From: Nitrospira sp.
GTDB lineage: Bacteria > Nitrospirota > Nitrospiria > Nitrospirales > Nitrospiraceae
Length of the DNA: 47,298 nucleotides
Assembly: GCA_025936075.1 (NCBI GenBank)
Contig: JAICUC010000001.1
Coordinates: 1 to 47,298, forward strand
Direction: 5' to 3'
Shown: one piece after another, positions 39,773 through 47,298 of the stretch
Layout: every line of letters starts with the position of its first letter
Position numbering within the stretch: position 1 is the stretch's first letter
Made by a program: the position numbers and the translations under genes
Notes under the pieces: model-generated
Told to the model about the DNA's origin: nothing
Database searches by the model: none
What the model saw: the letters and a program-made list of their open reading frames with translations, nothing else

Positions 39773-41338
39773 CTAAAACAGTCCTCTGGTTGTGCGGATC
39801 AACTCCAAATTATCGGTAAAGAGCTCGCGAATGTCATGTATGCCCAAGGCCACCATGGCCATCCGATCGAGCCCCAGCCCCCAGGCAATGACCGGCACCG
39901 TGACACCGAGCGGTAACGTCACTTCGGAACGAAACAGACCCGCACCACCGAGTTCCATCCATCCCAAACGCGGATGACGCACGTGTAGCTCGACCGACGG
40001 CTCGGTAAAGGGGAAATATGCCGGCAAGAACTTGACTTCCTTCGCTTGTGCGACTTCTCGGGCAAACAAATTCAGAAGCCCCAACAGCGTCCTAAAGTTG
40101 ATATCTTCTCCTAATACAATCCCTTCCACCTGGAAGAAATCCGTTGCGTGGGTCGCGTCAATTTGGTCATAGCGAAAGACCCGTGCGATCGAGAAATACT
40201 TCCCTGGAATATCAGGCGAGGCGGCAAGCGTTCGAGCCGACACCGCCGTCCCCTGACTCCGCAACACCAACCGTTTGGCCCGGTGAACATCAAACGAATA
40301 GCCCCACCCTGTTGAACCGGTCTCCGCACCGTTCTCATGCACCTTGGCCACATGTGACAAGAACGGCTCATCCACGGCGGTGGCATGACTCGGTTTCTTG
40401 ACGAAATAGACATCATGAATGTCCCGGGCAGGATGGAATTGCGGCATGAACAGGGCATCCATGTCCCAGAACTCCGTTTCAACCAGTGCCCCCCGCATCT
40501 CTTGAAACCCCATGCTCACAAGTTTGGCTTTGACTGTATCGAGAAATTCTCGGTAGGGATGTTTTTTCCCGATCCCGATACGAGGCGGGCGCAGGCTGAT
40601 CGTATACTTTCTAAATCGCTTCTGACGCCAACTCCCATCCTTCAACAGATCGGGAGCCAACTGCGAGACTTCTTCAGCCATCCCTTGCTTGAGCAACTGT
40701 TCCGCCGCACCTCCACCATCCGTAGACAATATGAATGAGCGAGACACCCGCTCGTCTACCCGAAACGGCTCTTTGGCATTGCCGCGTTTCACGGCAAAGT
40801 CTTCAATGACCTGCCGATGGGTTTCCGTGAAGCTTCTCAATTCTTTCGACGATTCATGTATCTGCTGCAGGAGGGTTCGGAGTATCTCGGTAGTCGGGCT
40901 AGGACGTCCTGTGGTCTCGATACACCCTCCCTGAATGATCAGGACTGCCCCTTCTTTCTTGAGTCTCCCGACGGCTTTGCTGACATCGGAAGGATCCAGC
41001 CCTCCTTGTCCCTGAAGATCGGGAATGGTGAGTCGCTTCCCGGTGCCGGTCGCCTCCCGCGCAGCAGCCAAGACTCGTTCGAGAGGCGAAGCGGTCTGGT
41101 AATACTCTTCGCCGATCTTCGTCAGCGAGACTATTGGAGTGACGGTTTCCGTCTGCACTGCGATGAGAGATTTGGCCAATAACCACTCGACGGCCATGCT
41201 CAGTTGGGAAGAATCTAATTCGGCGGCTGCGGCCAACTGCTCGCTGTCCAACGCCGTTCCAGGCGGACGTGCGCCCAATGTCGTGAGGACTTTGATTTCG
41301 AGAGGATGAAGGCTGTCGATGACTGCGACGATGTCCAC
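39773..41338 (-). CDS. pheS: Phenylalanyl-tRNA synthetase alpha subunit, long archaeal/eukaryotic type
   Basis: GKKHPY, FWDMDALFMPQFHPARDIHD, FRYDQIDATH, YFPFTEPS, WGLGLDR; ~521 aa from GTG 41338. Confidence 0.9.
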   Translation of the reverse strand: MDIVAVIDSLHPLEIKVLTTLGARPPGTALDSEQLAAAAELDSSQLSMAVEWLLAKSLIAVQTETVTPIVSLTKIGEEYYQTASPLERVLAAAREATGTGKRLTIPDLQGQGGLDPSDVSKAVGRLKKEGAVLIIQGGCIETTGRPSPTTEILRTLLQQIHESSKELRSFTETHRQVIEDFAVKRGNAKEPFRVDERVSRSFILSTDGGGAAEQLLKQGMAEEVSQLAPDLLKDGSWRQKRFRKYTISLRPPRIGIGKKHPYREFLDTVKAKLVSMGFQEMRGALVETEFWDMDALFMPQFHPARDIHDVYFVKKPSHATAVDEPFLSHVAKVHENGAETGSTGWGYSFDVHRAKRLVLRSQGTAVSARTLAASPDIPGKYFSIARVFRYDQIDATHATDFFQVEGIVLGEDINFRTLLGLLNLFAREVAQAKEVKFLPAYFPFTEPSVELHVRHPRLGWMELGGAGLFRSEVTLPLGVTVPVIAWGLGLDRMAMVALGIHDIRELFTDNLELIRTTRGLF

Positions 41339-41348
41339 CCTCAATGGC

Positions 41349-42050
41349 CTATCGATTGACTGTTGCGCGGGCCGCCGGCTGGACGGCCGTCTCCGCGGCT
41401 GCTCGCATGGCTGCAATCGTGGCCGTATAGTCGTGTTGGGAAAAAATAGCGGACCCCGACACGAGAGCCGTCGCACCGGCAGCCACGATCTCCCGTGCAT
41501 TATCCACTTTCACGCCGCCGTCTACTTCAAGCAGTGCCCGGCTGTTGATCTTGTCTAATAGGATTCGGGCTTCGGCGATTTTCTTGAGCACTGATGGAAT
41601 AAACGTCTGTCCGCCGAATCCCGGATTCACCGACATGATCAACAACAGATCGACATCCTCCAAAATCTCATGAAGCAACGAAAGCGGAGTGGCAGGATTT
41701 AAGGTCACTCCGGCCTTGACTCCTCGTTCCCTAATGGATTGGACCGTTCGGTGAAGATGTGGACAGGCTTCAACGTGAACAGTGAGATAATCGGCTCCCG
41801 CTTCGGCAAATTCCGGGATGAAGGCATCGGCGTTCGTAATCATTAAATGAACGTCAAGCGGCAGTCTAGTGACTTTTTTCAGGCTCTCGACGATGGGCGG
41901 TCCAACCGTCAAATTCGGCACGAAATGACCATCCATCACATCGACATGCAGCAGATCGGCACCCGCTCGTTCCACCGCGGAGACTTCGTCTGCCAATCGC
42001 GCAAAATCTGCTGACAGAATCGAGGGTGCAATATGAATCGAATGACCCAT
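41349..42050 (-). CDS. rpe: Ribulose-phosphate 3-epimerase
   Basis: IAPSILSADF, HVDVMDGHFVPN, MSVNPGFGGQ, EVDGG. Confidence 0.97.
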   Translation of the reverse strand: MGHSIHIAPSILSADFARLADEVSAVERAGADLLHVDVMDGHFVPNLTVGPPIVESLKKVTRLPLDVHLMITNADAFIPEFAEAGADYLTVHVEACPHLHRTVQSIRERGVKAGVTLNPATPLSLLHEILEDVDLLLIMSVNPGFGGQTFIPSVLKKIAEARILLDKINSRALLEVDGGVKVDNAREIVAAGATALVSGSAIFSQHDYTATIAAMRAAAETAVQPAARATVNR

Positions 42051-43483
42051 TACCCCTCCTTCTTACGAAGACGGGCGGCATAAAACCCATCCATCCCGCA
42101 TTCGTTGCCCATGGTGGAGAGGGCGCCGGGTATGGTTACAAAAGGAAGAGCGGTGGTGGGAAGCCACGGCGCCACAGATTCACGCACCCATCCAGGATAG
42201 GCTTCGCAAAAACGGTATACGACCCCTTCCGTCTCTTCCGTTTCTGTCGAACATGTACTATAGACCAGCACCCCACCGGCTCGCAAGCGGGAGGCCGCCG
42301 AGATAAGGATTTCAACTTGGAGTTCCTGGTGTCTTTCAAACACCGAACTATCCTTCCGCCATTTTGCTTCAGGATGCCGGCGCAACACACCCATGCCGCT
42401 GCAAGGGGCATCCACGAGTATACGATCGAACAGCGGCAATTCGGCACGGAGATTCAATCCGCGAGCCATCATTCCGGACCATTCGGCTGGTTTCCTCACA
42501 TCGCCGACGATCGGGACAACACTCTGAATCCCCAGCCTCCGGCAATTTTCTTGTAGCAAGTTCAACCGGGAGGCTCTCCGATCGACAGCATAGATGGTTC
42601 CACGATCACCCATGAGCGCAGCTAGGTGACTTGTCTTCCCCCCCGGAGCGGCACAGGCATCCAAAATGACCTCCGAAGGTTGAGGATTAAGGATCGGAGG
42701 AATGAGTTGAGCCGCCTCGTCCTCCACATAGAAATCGCCTGTCTGGAACCCTGGCAACGACGTGACATCCTGTCCTTTTTCCAGCACGACTCCTACCGGA
42801 CTGAGAGTGGCAGGACGAACAGTAATTCCTCCTTGCCGCAAACGCTGCAGAAGCTCTTCCCTCGTCAATCGATTGGAGTTCACTCGAAGTGTGATGTGCG
42901 GGACTGTGTTGCTGGCTCGACAAGCCGATTCTGCTTGTTCAAGCCCCATTCGAGTAAGCCACCGTTCCGTCACCCATTCAGGGATTCCATACCGGACAGA
43001 CAGAGATCGAACCGGGTGTGCGGCTGGATCAGGGAACGGCCGCGCCGGTACACGAATGAGGTTGCGCAGGACTCCGTTCACCAACCCACTCCAATCGCGT
43101 CTCAGTTGTTTGGCATAGGATTTGGCTAGCCGGACGGTTTCATTCACCGCCGCTGAAGCGGGAATGCGATCTAGAAACAACAGCTGGTAGGCCCCAAGCC
43201 GCAGCAGCATTTGCACGACAGCAGGCAATCTGTGAAGAGGTTTGGAGAGTACCGCGTCCAATCTCCAATCGATCGTCTCTTGCCGCCGTAAGACTCCGTA
43301 TACCAGTTCCATCACCAACGAACGATCATGTCGCTGTAACATCGATGGGGATTGCTGTTCGATCAACTCATCAAGTGCATCATCGGTTTGTCGACTGGAG
43401 AGAAAGAGAAGGATAGAGAGAGCAACCGCTCGCGATGACGGTCGCGGCGCCTCGCGGTCCACATTTCGTTCGTGGGTTCTCAT
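42050..43483 (-). CDS. rsmB: 16S rRNA m5C967 methyltransferase
   Basis: NusB-like N-domain, DACAAPGGKT, DAPCSG, YSTCS, DGFY. Confidence 0.93.
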   Translation of the reverse strand: MRTHERNVDREAPRPSSRAVALSILLFLSSRQTDDALDELIEQQSPSMLQRHDRSLVMELVYGVLRRQETIDWRLDAVLSKPLHRLPAVVQMLLRLGAYQLLFLDRIPASAAVNETVRLAKSYAKQLRRDWSGLVNGVLRNLIRVPARPFPDPAAHPVRSLSVRYGIPEWVTERWLTRMGLEQAESACRASNTVPHITLRVNSNRLTREELLQRLRQGGITVRPATLSPVGVVLEKGQDVTSLPGFQTGDFYVEDEAAQLIPPILNPQPSEVILDACAAPGGKTSHLAALMGDRGTIYAVDRRASRLNLLQENCRRLGIQSVVPIVGDVRKPAEWSGMMARGLNLRAELPLFDRILVDAPCSGMGVLRRHPEAKWRKDSSVFERHQELQVEILISAASRLRAGGVLVYSTCSTETEETEGVVYRFCEAYPGWVRESVAPWLPTTALPFVTIPGALSTMGNECGMDGFYAARLRKKEG

Positions 43484-43520
43484 CTGATTGGGAAGTGAAA
43501 CCTGTAGCGAGGGAAAAGTA

Positions 43521-44462
43521 TTATGTGACCGATGAACCAAGTTGCCCACCGACCGGGATTCGATGCCCAGCCAGGAACTGGTCAGCCGACATGCGTTTCG
43601 AGTTGGCAGTTTGAATTTCACGGATGCCGAGAAGACCATCGCCGGTCGACACCATGATCGTCTGCTTGTTCACCGCGACGATCGTGCCGGGTTTATCGGT
43701 TGCCCCAGCCACATCCGAGACGGCCTTCCAGATGTTCCACCGCTCCTCGCCGAAAAATGTAAAGGCCCCCGGCCAAGGAGAAAGCCCACGCACTCGATGG
43801 GCAAGCGACGTGGCACTCATCGTCCAATCGATCAAACCGTCTTCTTTTTTCAGAATCGGCGCCAAGGTAGCCTGCCCATCATCTTGCTTCTTCAGCGTCA
43901 ACCTCCCGGCCTTCAATTGTATGATCGTGTCGAGAAGCAGACGGCCACCCAGCTCTGCCAGACGAGGTGCCAATGTCCCAGCCGTATCCTCAGGCGAGAT
44001 CTCCAACTTCTCTTGGAGCAACATCGCTCCGGTATCCATTCCTTCATCCATGAGCATCGTGGTAATACCCGTTTCGGTCTCGCCATTGATGACGGCCCAC
44101 TGTACCGGAGCTGCGCCGCGATATTTCGGCAACAGCGACCCATGTACATTCACGCAACCCATAGGGGGGAGTCGAAGAATCGGTGTATGCAGAATGCGTC
44201 CGTAGGCTGCAACGGCAATCAGATCGGGCTGCCAAGCAGAAAGGGCCTGTAAGAATTCCGGTGTGCGGATCTTCAGTGGCTGTAAGATAGGAATACCGGC
44301 TCGCTCAGCGACAAGTTTTACCGGTGGGGAGACAAGCTGTTGTCCACGCCCCTTCGGTCGATCCGGTTGTGTCACAACCCCCACCACTTGATCATCAGAG
44401 CGGAGGATTGCTTCGAGTGAAGGAACGGCGAATTCCGGTGTACCCATAAAGACAATGCGCAT
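43521..44462 (-). CDS. fmt: Methionyl-tRNA formyltransferase
   Basis: FMGTPEFA, TQPDRPKGRG, NVHGSLLPKYRGAAP. Confidence 0.97.
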   Translation of the reverse strand: MRIVFMGTPEFAVPSLEAILRSDDQVVGVVTQPDRPKGRGQQLVSPPVKLVAERAGIPILQPLKIRTPEFLQALSAWQPDLIAVAAYGRILHTPILRLPPMGCVNVHGSLLPKYRGAAPVQWAVINGETETGITTMLMDEGMDTGAMLLQEKLEISPEDTAGTLAPRLAELGGRLLLDTIIQLKAGRLTLKKQDDGQATLAPILKKEDGLIDWTMSATSLAHRVRGLSPWPGAFTFFGEERWNIWKAVSDVAGATDKPGTIVAVNKQTIMVSTGDGLLGIREIQTANSKRMSADQFLAGHRIPVGGQLGSSVT

Positions 44463-44513
44463 GTTTTGGCTTTAACATTGTGGCATCCAGAATGCAATTG
44501 CGCTCACCTCAAC

Positions 44514-44543
44514 TTGACTTGTCATTCAGCCCTTTGTTAGCAT
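44514..44543 (+). promoter_or_regulatory. Promoter of tRNA-fMet
   Basis: TTGACT-18 bp-TAGCAT, 6 bp before the tRNA. Confidence 0.55.
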
Positions 44544-44549
44544 TCTCAC

Positions 44550-44626
<77 letters not shown>

Positions 44627-45247
44627 TATTTTGGCTATTCCGTCCAGCATTACCTCGCCTTTGTAGCGATCCTTCTTAACCACGCGAGTTATGGTGTTTA
44701 TATCCAGCGAAAGATCGGGCCGCGAGCCTCTTCAAGACGTCCGTCTCCGCTTTATCCACGTCGATCACAAGGGAGCGAATCTGAGCTTTAATCCGTCAGC
44801 TTATGACATCCCTTTGTGATGCATGAAGGCCCGAGGTTACAAAAATCCTTATAACAAAGCCTTCAAATGAGATTTCTGGCATGGAGAAGGCAGCACGCAT
44901 TTTAGGCTGACTCAGCATATGCTCTCAACAATTCGACCGACAATCGGTTAATTCCATAATCCCACAATGTCTGCTCGAAACCGCACTCCAATGAATGGCG
45001 TCATCGGGTGAATCAAACCAATGGCGAATCGCCATTTCCCGCAGGCCTGCATTCAGATACGCTCTATCCTCGGTCTGTCCACTGTAACCAAGGGCTTGAC
45101 TGTCCAATAGCTATGAGTAGCCGCTTACTCACGGGTGGAACGTGAGTCATGATAATGTGCCCCTCCTTTTGTGGTATGGATACTAATAGTTTCCATACCT
45201 TATAAGGCTGATCGGTCCCACACGCGGCCAAACCCAAAATTGCCTTT

Positions 45248-46219
45248 GTGTTCAATGTAAAAGCTTTGATGGAGTTAATGGCAATGGAACACAGCATACA
45301 ACCAACAGGGATCACAGGCCTTCGAGGCATGCTACGGGATACATGGCTTGTCGATCAATACCGTACAGTCAAGCGTCGAATGATGCGTCGGTCGGAAGGC
45401 GAGCTTTTCCTATTGCGAAGATATTCTCGGATTCATGGCAAACCGCTCAATCTGACGAATCCGCAGGCTTTTACAGAGAAGCTGTTCTGGCGCATGATTA
45501 CGTGGAATCGCGGCGACATGCCTCCTCGATTTACGCAGCTGGCGGACAAGTATGCGGCGCGAGCTCATGTGGCAAGCATGGTAGGGGAGAAGCATTTAAT
45601 CAAGCTTTTATGGCACGGAGATGACCCGCGTGCGATTCCCTTTGACCGGCTGCCGGCCAAGTACGTGATCAAGCCGAGCCATGCCGCCGGACAAGTGATC
45701 ATAGTCAAAGGACATGCGGATCGGGACGAGATCATCCGGACTGCCTCAGGATGGTTGGCCAGCAATTATTATTGGCACGGACGGGAGTCTCAATATTATG
45801 GGATTCCACCTCGGATTGTTATTGAGGAGTACTTGACCAATGAAGATGGGAGTCCCCCTCTCGATTATAAGTTCTACTGTTTTAACGGTGTGCCCGATCA
45901 GATTATCGTACGTAATCATACGCACAATATTCACCCGATCTTCGACACCACATGGACTCTACTCGACCTTGTCGTTTCAAACTGCACAGAACGACCGTGG
46001 GTCCCAAAGCCGGCCAATCTTGAAGAGATGCTTGTTCTCGCCGCGAAACTATCGGCCGGATTCGGGTTCGTCCGCATTGATTTATACAATGTCAATGGGC
46101 GAGTCTATTTTGGCGAGTTTACCTTTACTCCTGCAGCAGGAATCATAAAATATGCTCCTGAAAGTTGGGATTTGGCGCATGGTAAAAAATGGGATCTGTC
46201 CTTAGATGTGAAATGCTAG
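45248..46219 (+). CDS. TupA-like ATP-grasp protein (start uncertain: 45278 or 45329 possible)
   Basis: NPQAFTEKL, LADKY, YVIKPSH, IVIEEYL, DYKFYCFNG, FVRIDLY, FGEFTFTP. Confidence 0.85.
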   Translation: MFNVKALMELMAMEHSIQPTGITGLRGMLRDTWLVDQYRTVKRRMMRRSEGELFLLRRYSRIHGKPLNLTNPQAFTEKLFWRMITWNRGDMPPRFTQLADKYAARAHVASMVGEKHLIKLLWHGDDPRAIPFDRLPAKYVIKPSHAAGQVIIVKGHADRDEIIRTASGWLASNYYWHGRESQYYGIPPRIVIEEYLTNEDGSPPLDYKFYCFNGVPDQIIVRNHTHNIHPIFDTTWTLLDLVVSNCTERPWVPKPANLEEMLVLAAKLSAGFGFVRIDLYNVNGRVYFGEFTFTPAAGIIKYAPESWDLAHGKKWDLSLDVKC

Positions 46220-46227
46220 AACTCTGA

Positions 46228-46436
46228 CTGCATGAACAGTTTGCTCACCTATGCACGCGCGGAAAGTTTGAAACGTGAACCATGCTATTCGGATGCGCGA
46301 GATGGTATTCCGAAGCTCGGTCAACCCGATGCCGACAAGCTTTAGAGAGAACTCTGGAGCACGTCAATATTCAGGCCGAACCGTTCAGGCGGATTAGTCT
46401 TGTCCCTTCCATTTGCAGAAGAACAAGGCAATATGA
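46228..46436 (+). pseudogene. 3' remnant of a YqcI/YcgG-family (DcsA/GntA-like) gene
   Basis: LHEQFAHLCTRGKFET /frameshift ~46276/ NHAIRMREMVFRSSVNPMPTSFRENSGARQYSGRTVQAD*SCPFH; stop overlaps the next ATG (ATGA). Confidence 0.7.
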
Positions 46437-47026
46437 TCATCCCTCACATGATCCGCATACCGCCGCAGAGTGGTCGCTCATTTAAGATCAAGCAAGGCCA
46501 GATATTACGGGTTATCGACCCCTTTGGTGAGCAGGTATCTGACCTCTTTGCTTTCGATGAGCACGACCATGATTGCCGGCTTTCTTCGGGTCGTTCGTTG
46601 GACTATGCGGGCCGAATCTATTTGACTACGGGCGATATTCTGTATGCGAACAACAGCAAGCCCATGTTCACTATTGTTGAGGACACCGTCGGCCTACACG
46701 ATTTCCTACTGACGCCATGCAGTCAGGAGATGTTTGAAATTCTATACAAGCACAAGGGCCATCATCCGAGCTGTTTTGAGAATCTTCTTCTCTGCCTGAA
46801 GGAACACGGCATCTCAGGAGCCGATATCTCCACCACCTTCAATATATTCATGAACGTTAAAATCGATCCACGGGGAAAATTGACCGTCGACGTGCCAGTA
46901 TCAAAAGCCGATGACCATATCGATCTACGAGCGGAAATGGATATGGTATGTGGGCTCACAGCCTGCTCTGCCGAAGGGTCCAACAATGGTCAATTCAAGC
47001 CGATCGACTTTTTGATTTTGGATTGA
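46433..47026 (+). CDS. Urea carboxylase-associated family protein (DUF1989)
   Basis: IPPQSG, LRVIDPFGEQVSDL, HDFLLTPCS, SCFENL, FNIFMNV, LTACS. Confidence 0.88.
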   Translation: MIIPHMIRIPPQSGRSFKIKQGQILRVIDPFGEQVSDLFAFDEHDHDCRLSSGRSLDYAGRIYLTTGDILYANNSKPMFTIVEDTVGLHDFLLTPCSQEMFEILYKHKGHHPSCFENLLLCLKEHGISGADISTTFNIFMNVKIDPRGKLTVDVPVSKADDHIDLRAEMDMVCGLTACSAEGSNNGQFKPIDFLILD

Positions 47027-47127
47027 TGCGCTCGTGGAGCTGCGTACATTTACGCGACCATAGAAGTAATCGAATAAGGAGGCGGGTCTGGGAATTAGCA
47101 GAATAATGTCAATACACCGATAGAGAC

Positions 47128-47172
47128 AAAATAGAAACCGGCCCGGATTCCCGCCAAGGGAATTCCGGGCCG
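47128..47172 (-). terminator. Intrinsic terminator after putative amoC
   Basis: Stem CGGCCCGGA-TTCCC/GGGAA-T-TCCGGGCCG followed by TTTCTATTT on minus strand. Confidence 0.65.
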
Positions 47173-47199
47173 ATCCCTTCACACTCTGCCCTTCGCTGC

Positions 47200-47298
47200 T
47201 TAGTACCCTGCCTTGGCGTTGGGGTTCACCTGGCTGGGGAACGGATCCAGGATGCTCTTCGGCGCATTGTTCCAGATCACGTCCGCCAGATTCGACAT
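47200..47298 (-). CDS. amoC: Partial: C-terminus of ammonia monooxygenase subunit C
   Basis: Translates MSNLADVIWNNAPKSILDPFPSQVNPNAKAGY*, resembling the recalled AmoC C-terminal motif SNLxDVxWNNxxKxIL. Confidence 0.72.
   Translation of the reverse strand: MSNLADVIWNNAPKSILDPFPSQVNPNAKAGY

Noticed and set aside
41339-41500. Upstream extension of the pheS ORF (likewise ruvB, cysD, trpD2, rsmB, tyrA extensions)
   Set aside because: They overlap upstream genes; downstream starts fit family lengths better
46220-46432. Guanidine riboswitch upstream of DUF1989
   Set aside because: No ykkC-I/II/III motifs seen; the sequence is better explained as a pseudogene remnant

Overview
Mostly core chromosome of a Nitrospira-like bacterium, probably a complete ammonia oxidiser (comammox): the last 99 bp encode what looks like the C-terminus of a stand-alone AmoC. 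Housekeeping blocks: sigma70/lipB/gdhA; pheA-hisC-aroF-tyrA-aroA-cmk-plsC-rpsA-sppA-ihfB; yebC-ruvA-ruvB; rrf2-sir-cysH-trpD2-cysD-cysNC; fis-like/HU; tRNA-Val-thrS-infC-rpmI-rplT; fmt-rsmB-rpe-pheS-pheT; tRNA-fMet. Most notable: (1) a sulfate-assimilation operon with a YbiB/TrpD2-like gene, a sulfite reductase-HEPN-TusA fusion, a degenerate APS-kinase domain and a ~170-bp inverted-repeat element; (2) archaeal/eukaryotic-type PheRS genes convergent on rplT; (3) two PCP_red-repeat proteins, one upstream of tandem His-rich membrane paralogs; (4) a 10-Cys secreted protein between ruvA and ruvB; (5) a decaying islet after tRNA-fMet holding a YqcI/YcgG pseudogene (absent from the ORF track) coupled to a DUF1989 gene; (6) a frameshifted AT-rich HEPN/DUF4145-like gene. 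No CRISPR array, rRNA, integrase or transposase was seen. All family assignments come from motif recognition, not database searches.
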